Assembly: GCF_009914755.1 (NCBI RefSeq)
Contig: NC_060927.1
Reading direction: 5' to 3' (one strand)
DNA: 64,000 nucleotides
Origin: the human T2T-CHM13v2.0 reference genome, Homo sapiens
The translations under genes were made by a program, and so were the position numbers. This document shows, in pieces, positions 55,615-64,000 of the stretch (position 1 is the first letter of the stretch; the number at the start of each line of letters is the position of its first letter). The notes under the pieces were generated by a model that had not been told where the DNA came from, did no database searches, and was given only the letters and a program-made list of their open reading frames with translations.

Positions 55615-56020
55615 TGAACACAGATTTTGTGCAAGAATATACATTGCAATGCTGTTCATAATAGCAAAAAATTCTCCATGAGTTTTTCCAAATATCAAAC
55701 CTAGGAACTTGTTTAACATATCACAGTTCACTATATAATGCTATTACATGAAGCAATTGTCATACATCTATTTATTGATATGGAGAGATATTCATAGTGT
55801 AGTGAGTGAATAGAGCATATTTAAAATCATATGGACAATATGATGATGCCATTGTTTGGTTACATCTGCAAAGAAAACTCTTAAATAACATGCAGTGAAC
55901 ATATTAACAATAATGAATACTGGGTTTGAGAAATTATGGGCAATTACAAATCTTCTCATCATCTGTATTTTCTGTTTATTTCACCATATATTAGATTGGT
56001 GTAATTTTAATAATTTAAAA
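55615..56020 (+). mobile_element. L1ME-like 3' fragment
   Basis: TGCAAGAATATACATTGCAATGCTGTTCATAATAGCAAAAAA. Confidence 0.55.
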
Positions 56021-56233
56021 ATCATTTCCTATACATAGGTAGTGGATTAGCTGTGATAAGCTTCAAATACACTACATATATTTATCTGTGTTGTTGCTAA
56101 ACACATTGGTTTACTCACTGAATCTTTGTACATGCCTTATTTTCCCCTTTCTCTTTTTGTAATCTTCATTTATGTCATTTTGGAATATCTTTCTCACTTT
56201 CCTTCCTTGTGTCTAAATTCACTCTTTCATAAA

Positions 56234-56700
<467 letters not shown>

Positions 56701-57298
56701 ATAGCCCCTTACTTAGTTTGTATTTCCACTATAATACTCTCTCTGCCATTTTGAACTCTAATTATTCTTATATTTCATCCTTGGCAATAGTTACAAATAT
56801 ACCTTTTGCTACTGGTTCTTTTTCAGATTGTTATTTACATCTTTGATCGTCATTGATCATTTCACCTGCTTGTATATTCTTTGTTAACTGGATGCCAAAC
56901 TCAGTAATAGCAGATACTGTGTTGTTTACAGGGCCCCTCTCACTTCAATGCTAGTACAATGCCTTATAACTCATAAATGCTTAATAAGTGTTGTGATTAG
57001 TTAGTAGTAAAATTGTTCCACTATTAAAGGCAAATGAAAAAAATATATAGTTAACTCAGGTCAGAAAGAGAGTGAAGGCAAGACCCCCTGGGAAGGTGCA
57101 GCTAGCAGAAACATTGCCAAATCAAATCAGGTTTCCAGTTTACCAAGAGTCAGCGAGCCCTATGGACATACTCTAACCCAAACTGGGGAAATTGGGAACA
57201 AATGATTTTGGAACCCCACATATTTGGGGGTGGGGTGGGGAGACCTTCACAGGCTTGTAGGCCACATGGCAGTTTCAAGTTTTTCATACACAAGACTT

Positions 57299-57631
57299 GG
57301 AAGTGAAAGTCAGAAGTGATTAAAAATACACATCTTACAGATGTCTGGATACTGTTCAAATCCCCAAAAGTGTGATAGAAAATGCAGTTGCTTTCCAGAT
57401 TTTTAGGGCGGAAAAAAAGGCCACCGTGGTCCCTTTGTCTCCTTATTAAATGGGTATGTTCAAGTGACATTTTAAATTTGTAGTGTTATGTCAGCTGCCT
57501 GTTTACCTTTTGAGCGGCCCTGGTCACTGCCCTGAAACTGAAAACAGGGTAATTGGAGGAACACGTGATGTGTCCCAGGACATGAAAAGTCCGTATTATT
57601 TTTAGCATATGCCAAGTAAGCCTAGGTAAGT
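57299..57631 (+). promoter_or_regulatory. Candidate enhancer or alternative promoter, with donor TAG|GTAAGT after 57625
   Basis: GGAAGTGAAAGT (ETS-IRF composite), GGGCGG, CAGCTG, TGTTTAC and CACGTG in repeat-free sequence. Confidence 0.35.
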
Positions 57632-57913
57632 GTAACATGCATATAAACATAATTTATGGAAATGAAAAATATAAAAACCTTGATACTGTCTCCCTGATAC
57701 CAAAATAGAAAAAAATTATCGTCTTTTAACATTTTTCTACATTCTCATTTTTTAAAAGAAAATTTTAATTTTATTTATTTTACTTTTTAAAAAAGCACTC
57801 TGTAACCATGTCCAGCTGTTTGGCTTTGTTTATAATAACCTGTTTACTTATCATCAATTTAAACACATGATCTGAACATCTGTCTCCTTCTACCCCAACT
57901 TATTTGCTTTCAG

Positions 57914-58011
57914 TCTTTATTTCAGCTTGAACTTGAAGTCAACATCTTTTTTTCTGGGGCTCAAAGGAGTGCAGAGACCCTAGAGGTGTTTCCTTGCAGA
58001 GGACTTGAGAG
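57914..58011 (+). other. Candidate internal exon (tandem acceptors before 57914 and 57926; donor GAG|GTATGT)
   Basis: Pyrimidine-rich TTATTTGCTTTCAG and TCTTTATTTCAG acceptors, strong donor, repeat-free context. Confidence 0.55.
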
Positions 58012-59026
58012 GTATGTTTAATTTAAGAAGTCACATCCCCCTCCCTTCCTAAAAAAGAAAAAAAAAAAGAATTGTCTCTGTTACACAGGCAGAGAACAAA
58101 ACGGGAAAGAAAGGCACTTTGTTTTGCCAGACAAAGACAGGCTATCAATTTTCATAAATCTGCATTCCCAAGACAACTGCTCATGTCTGGTAAGGGGTCT
58201 ATTTCTTTGAACTTACATACCAGAAAGTATTTTTTCCCTTGTCTCAGAAAGCTGAAGAATACAGTTTAATAATAGTAGTATTTGTATAATTTAATCAATA
58301 TAAGACAGATAATTTTATTGATCTCAACAATTCTTTTTCATAAGAATAGGGGTAGTGGACGTGGGAAGGGTGTGCAGAGCTGAATAGGGAAGTCTTAAAC
58401 ACAATTTATGCAAATACACTTTCTGATTGTCCAGAGAACACTCTTTGCAAATGTAAAAATTATACGTGTATGTGCTTGTTCATATGTATTTATGTGTATA
58501 TCTATCAGTTGCTAATTATAATATGGACATTTACATGCAGTAATTAAACAAGAACCTGGCACATCTGAAAGAGGACTGACAATCTGTGATTAAAAAATAT
58601 TTTGCAAAAAGCCAAACATTCCCCAAATTTACTGGTTTTCAAGTCTTATAACCTTTCATCTTGTTCTTTTCCTTCTTCCCCTCCAGTTTTAACCACTGAG
58701 CAACTGACACGCTTGGACAAATAAAACCCTAGCCATACACAGATATCAACACCAAGCATGCATATGTATAGTATCTGTTCATCTTAATTCATTTCTCAGC
58801 AAAGTTTTATACCTGGGTCTTTGAGACAGAGGGGGCTCATGTTGTTAAGACTGCCTAGCATACATACAGTTAGTTGTATAATGAGATCCCATAAATCGTT
58901 AAGCATAGATCAGTTAAAACAACACATTGAAAGAGGGCACAACTTGGATTTTTAAAGTTGGTAGTTGTTCCCGTGTATCCATAGTATCAGAGAGTGTCAG
59001 GCTTTGATTTTTGGGGGTAATTTAGA

Positions 59027-59345
59027 CCAGGGATTCCTACCTGGCTGATGACCTGAGTCATTTCATGTGCCTGACATATGTGTGGCTTTCCTGGCCTCTC
59101 TTCTAGAGATTTTGATTCAGCAGGATGGGGGGTTTCCTGAAAATGGTCATTTCTCACAGGTACCTCAGATAATTCTTGTGATGGGTCAATATGGGAAAAT
59201 GGCACTTTAGATCTATGCCGCCCAGAGTGAGGTCCATGAATCAGAAGCTTCGGCATCACCTGTGCTTAGCAACCAAACGGCTCAAAGAGGACAGCCTGAC
59301 TGATTTGTTTGTAGGAGATAGGGACTGATTTCGTGCAAGACATCC
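59027..59345. mobile_element. Cluster of MER5-family fragments
   Basis: AGAGATTTTGATTCAGCAGG...GGTACCTCAGATAATTCTTG; CATCACCTG. Confidence 0.6.
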
Positions 59346-59849
59346 CAGAAGTGGGGCTTAAGGTAAGCTGGAGGGCTTGGCAAAGGAAGGTGTGAGGCAA
59401 TGTTTCCATTAGGGATGATTGGAAAAGAAAGAGGCTAGAAAGGAAATATCCAGGGGCAGGTTGTGGGACTGCCAAGAAGAACATGACCTACCAATAAGAG
59501 CTTTGTTATCGGAGCCTCTAAGTCCCTTCTTGAAAAGTGATACTTTTCCTGAGGTGGATTGGACTCAGGAAGAAAGCGATGTGGGAACCTGGATGGGTTC
59601 CATTCCGAGGGCAAGTGATACCAGACTATAAGCTCTGCCGCCAGTACCCTCAGAGGCAAGGTATTGCATTTTCCCCTCGACTAAATTACAGATGTACAGA
59701 CCTGATTGGCAATTGGAGGTGCAACAGACCAACCACCACAAACCCAGAAAATCACTTCCACGGAGCCTGTACTCATGCCTGGGATTTGTCCTTGCTTCCC
59801 TCTCTTCTTCCTCCACCTTTTTTCCCACGTGTTGAAATTCTGCATTACT

Positions 59850-60140
59850 TTAAAGGTCAAGCCACAAATACTGCCTTCTTTGAGGATCTTCCTTGATCCT
59901 CTTAAGTTGGGACTAATTGCCCCTCCTCACTGCTTTCCTAGCAGCGTGTTTACTCTTGTTGTCAAATCATGCCTTGCATTGGCATAGCATGACTTTTAGT
60001 GTAGCGAGCTGGAAAGACACTGGTCTTCTCTGCTATTGTGTATGCTCTTTGAGGGCAGGGACTAAATCTTGTTGTCCCTAGATCATGACTCAATGCCTTG
60101 CCCAAATATAAAGTCAACAAATATTTGTGGAGTGGAATTA
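59850..60140 (+). mobile_element. L2 3' fragment
   Basis: GCTCTTTGAGGGCAGGGAC...TCAACAAATATTTGTGGA. Confidence 0.65.
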
Positions 60141-60584
60141 AAGAGGTTCATCTGCATGCCACAGATGCATTTATATAGTGAAGACTATGGGATGAGGTAG
60201 GAGGCACACCTGGGAAAGGGAGGGAAGGAGGTGGATATGATGCAGTACATAACAGATCCAAGATCACCAGAAAGAAGAGTCAGCTACATCCTTTACCCTT
60301 TTTCCTCTAAAGTTAATTTATGAACTGATCTGAAGTCAGTAATGATACTTAACGACACGGAAGATTAAAGGGAGAGAGCACAACGCTGCTGGAAGAATGT
60401 CGGATTAGGATCCTGAATGTCTGCTCATCTGGCTTTAAGAAGGCCATTTAACTTCCATGCACCTTAGGCTCTTCACCTATAAAATAGAGATAAAATATTG
60501 GTCCTCCCTCTCCCCTGGTTTGCTGTAAAGATGCATGAGGTCACCGTGAAAATGATCTGTAAGCTGTAAGGATTCTCTTTATGG

Positions 60585-60728
60585 CCTTTGGGCATCATTG
60601 GCACACCTAGGAGCTGGTTAGAAATGCAGACTCTCAGGCCCCACCCTAGACCTACTGAATCAGGATATACATTTTAACAATGTCTTCAGGCAATTTGCAT
60701 GCACATCATTGGTTTCAGAAGTACTACT
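60585..60728. mobile_element. MER5A
   Basis: GTTAGAAATGCAGACTCTCAGGCCCCACCCTAGACCTACTGAATCAG. Confidence 0.85.
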
Positions 60729-61364
60729 CTAAAGGACTATATAATAAAAGTTGCAATTGTTGTTAATAAGGTCCACGTGTGTTGGCAAAACTGAACATAA
60801 GCTCTCACCCCAAAGGACTCCGCGATGGAGGGGCAGCAGGCAGGTGAGTGAAGGATTCTGGCATTCATGGGTCCCCTCAGTAAGGTAGGAAACAAGATTC
60901 CTTTTCTGTTGCATAAAAAAATGGTGGGCAAGCAGATCCCTCAGATATATGTTCTCTTGATGTCACCTCTTGCTTAGTACTTTTTCCCCATCCGTTTCCC
61001 TCATCAAAACTCCTCTGTCTGTGTTCCTTGCTCTCAAGAACTGTTGCCACATGAGAGCTAGGTGATATAAAATCTTGACTCAGTGTTAATAGGTGCTGAG
61101 ATGGTATCCCAGACATTTGTATTATGTTATAGGTCTTCCTAAGACAGCGTTTTCATCCCAAAGAGTTAAGTGGGAAATTTGGAATGTCAGGGAGGACCCC
61201 AAAGGGCTCATTAAACAACACCATATAAATAGTCATGGCTATTAATGACCATAACTTTGTTTACCTCAGACAGGTGGAGTTATAGCTGGATTGAAGGGGT
61301 CACATTCATCTTTGGGCAGTAAGAGACCTGAGAAGAGGCTAGAGGAATATTAGAAATTGTCATG

Positions 61365-61560
61365 AGAACTGCTATATATTAAGTGCTTGCTGTGTGCTGA
61401 GCACCCTGCAGGGCTTTTTACCCTCACAGATATGATCCCATATAATCCATACTTTACAGTTATCTTGTTTCATAAGCACAGAAGCTGAGATTATGAAATT
61501 GACCCAAGGTCACACAGCTTGTGGAGCTGAGATTGGAACTTAGGTTGATGATGGCAGAGA
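61365..61560 (-). mobile_element. MIR
   Basis: TTGACCCAAGGTCACACAGCT...GGAGCTGAGATTGGAAC. Confidence 0.7.
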
Positions 61561-62203
61561 ATCCTACTGACAAGAGTGCAAGAAGCAGGGATTTCTGAAA
61601 ACGTACTGTGGACATCTGATTTTTGATACCATAAAAACAGATATAATAAAATTCAGAGGGACTGGTTAGGATACAAACAAGACTTTCCCTCCTTATAATT
61701 TATTTCTGCATGTGATAATATTTCATAGCACAAGTCAATACTTTGGATTGTAACTAGAATACTCTTGAAGCCTTATCCTCAAGTTTTGTAATTGAAAAAT
61801 AAAGCCAAAAAAGCTGACCACTTTCATTATACCTTTGTTTTGTTTTCTGCTGAATTACAAACAGCTCTTCTATGAAGACACAATGAAGATTAATTGAATT
61901 TGACCTGAAAGAAAATCTCCACAAGTTTATATGGAGAGAGAATTTTTGTGTTCATAAAAGTATACCTTGAATTGTATATTCTCCCTTTATATTTTTGAAA
62001 AATAGATTCTAAAGGACAAATAATTGAAATATTTTTGAGCTTACACAGTCAGGAAAAGATAAAATACTAGTATATACTTTCTGAAATTTTAAGGAAAATT
62101 GCAATATTGTGCACTCGTGTATGTATACGCCAGATGTATAGATATATGCCAATTTTTGCCAGATTTGTAATACGATAGTTTTAATTTCAGAAGACCAGGA
62201 CTG

Positions 62204-62415
62204 TGGAACAATATAATATTAATATATTTCATAATAATAGACCTTGAATTTTCTTTTACTCCTTGTCTGTTCTAGTAGTTACACTGTTAGAGGCTGGAAC
62301 AATATAATATTAATATATGGAACAATATAATATTAATATATTTCATAATAATAGTCCTTGAATTTTCTTTTACTCTATGTCTGTTCTAGTAGTTACATTG
62401 TTAGAGGCTGGAACA
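62204..62415. repeat. Compound tandem duplication (91 bp + 23 bp + 91 bp + 7 bp)
   Basis: Units 62204-62294 and 62318-62408 differ at 4 positions; 62295-62317 is a perfect copy of the unit start. Confidence 0.96.
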
Positions 62416-62609
62416 CATGTGACAGCGTTCCTCCCAATCATTTGGGAACACAGATGTCTGTTAACTAATAGGGGTCATTTTAAGAAATGGCTGGGCCAGA
62501 ACAACAAAACCTTTTGTGCAAACATATATTATGAGTGCATCTGTTCTGAAGATGTCATAGAATTCTCTCTAGTTATCTGCTAAACTGAAGACAGAGAAGA
62601 TACAAATTT

Positions 62610-62850
62610 ATAAGGGAAGCAGGAGTATCTCAAAAGTTTTAGCCATGGTTTCAAGTGTAGCTTCCATGACTTTTGCGGGAATTTGAACAGGTTATTTAAC
62701 TCCTTGTTCACAGTTTTCCAATAAAATGGTGGACATGAATAGTATCTATATGCTATAGATAGGGTTATTGGGAGAATTGAATGAGATAATCCTTGGTAAG
62801 CTTTTAGGACAGGACCTGGCATGTCGGTTCAATAAGAGAGGGTTATCATT
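62610..62850 (+). mobile_element. MIR
   Basis: GAACAGGTTATTTAAC...AGGGTTATTGGGAGAATTGAATGAGATAAT...ACCTGGCA. Confidence 0.7.
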
Positions 62851-64000
62851 ACTGACACCAACAAATGTTTGCTCTTGTTATTGTTTACAAAAAGAAAAGC
62901 AGTTCTGACTTGAGTTATACACGGACGCTCTGGATGAAAATTGGGGTTAATTAGAATTGGAATTGTGGAAGTTTGCTTCAGAACTTGTGCACCTCCCTTC
63001 TGGTTTTTGCTCCCTTGTCAAGAACTGTGGTTTCTTATTGGGTCTTGTGAAGTCCTTAAGTCTCAGAAGGCAACAGTTGGGACTTAAGCAAACAGGGTCC
63101 TAGTAGATATATATTCATTTGTATTTGTGCCAAGCCTTTTAAGATGCCCTAAAATCTTGCCAAGAATTGGGTTTTCCAGAGTTCTATCAGCTCTGAGAAT
63201 TTGAAAACCAATGTCTAGGGCATGATGGGATATTTGATAACTAGACCAATGTGCAGCAGATAATGTTCCCCAAAGATCAGCAAAATCTTAGATCAAGCTG
63301 TGGTTGACGCTTCTGTTCTTAATTGAAATGCTTCTGCTTTAAAGGCTAGCAATGGCCTTCACTAGGAACTGATAGCATATCATGTGGGAAAATGATAAAT
63401 TGCACATGAACTTTTTCATCTTTAGATAATTATGGTTTAATTTTTATTGTTTATGTGCAACAATATGGATGAAATTGTATCTTCCCAGCAGCTGGTTTGA
63501 GTATTTTTTCTAACAGAGGAAATATGCCCTTTGCTGAGAAGATGCATTCAGCCAGCTGTGGAGTAGGAGACAGTATGGGGCTGGGACAAGATTTCATACA
63601 GAAGAAAGAAGTGACTCTACATTTATATGAATTAGGAGCTGGAGTCAGGACGAGGGGCCACGGGAGACTGAGAGGCTACATGGGGAAAAAGACGAGAGAC
63701 AGCAGGAAACCCACTGGTTACTTGGAAAAGAGCCCTGATGTAAGAGAATGTCTTGTGGGTTTTTTTTGAGATAAACACTGTGGGCTCTGAGATGAAAGCA
63801 TCCTCTCTCTCTTTCACATAAAAACTTCCATAGAATTTACATTGCTCACCAAAGCTCATGGGTGGAGTAGATTCTTTCTGGAGAATGCAGAGGTGCTGTG
63901 TCTGCCTCAAACTGGGTGTCAGGAAAAAACAGAGCCTGAGTGGGAAGAAACCGACATATGGTACACACAAGAGGCGCATGCTAATTGTGGAAAAATGAGA

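Noticed and set aside
60771-60849. Consensus donor CAG|GTGAGT after 60843
   Set aside because: No convincing upstream acceptor or pyrimidine tract.
62204-62415. CRISPR-like repeat-spacer look of the recurring TGGAACAATATAATATTAATATA
   Set aside because: The intervening sequences are themselves duplicates, the context is eukaryotic and there are no cas genes.
63497-63769. ORF with MPF...VGDS, superficially like the SLC17A8 N-terminus
   Set aside because: Only a few residues are shared and the rest does not match; coincidence.

Overview
This is primate, very probably human, euchromatic non-coding DNA. It carries about 13 Alus (AluJ, AluS and AluY) and THE1, MST, MLT and LTR16 LTRs. It also has old L1M, L1PA, L2 and MIR copies and many DNA-transposon fossils (MER58, MER30, MER3, MER2, MER1B, MER5, MER20, MER94, Tigger3). 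I find no credible multi-codon protein-coding gene: the supplied ORFs are short and mostly read through repeats. The clearest gene-like signals are on the + strand: a non-repetitive, mildly CpG-enriched promoter/first-exon-like region at about 43.1-43.56 kb ending in ATG AAG|GTAACT, and a clean internal exon at 57914/57926-58011. A second candidate promoter lies at about 57.3-57.6 kb. The window therefore probably covers the upstream region and 5' end of a large gene that I cannot name. The most notable structures are a recent ~95%-identical inverted duplication of an ancient MER58B (1071-1368 vs 2574-2873), two compact hairpins (34646-34699, 41980-42039) and several replication-slippage or template-switch scars. 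I see no evidence of a novel multi-gene system. Repeat subfamily names were assigned by eye from remembered consensus sequences, and boundaries are approximate unless a target-site duplication (TSD) is quoted.
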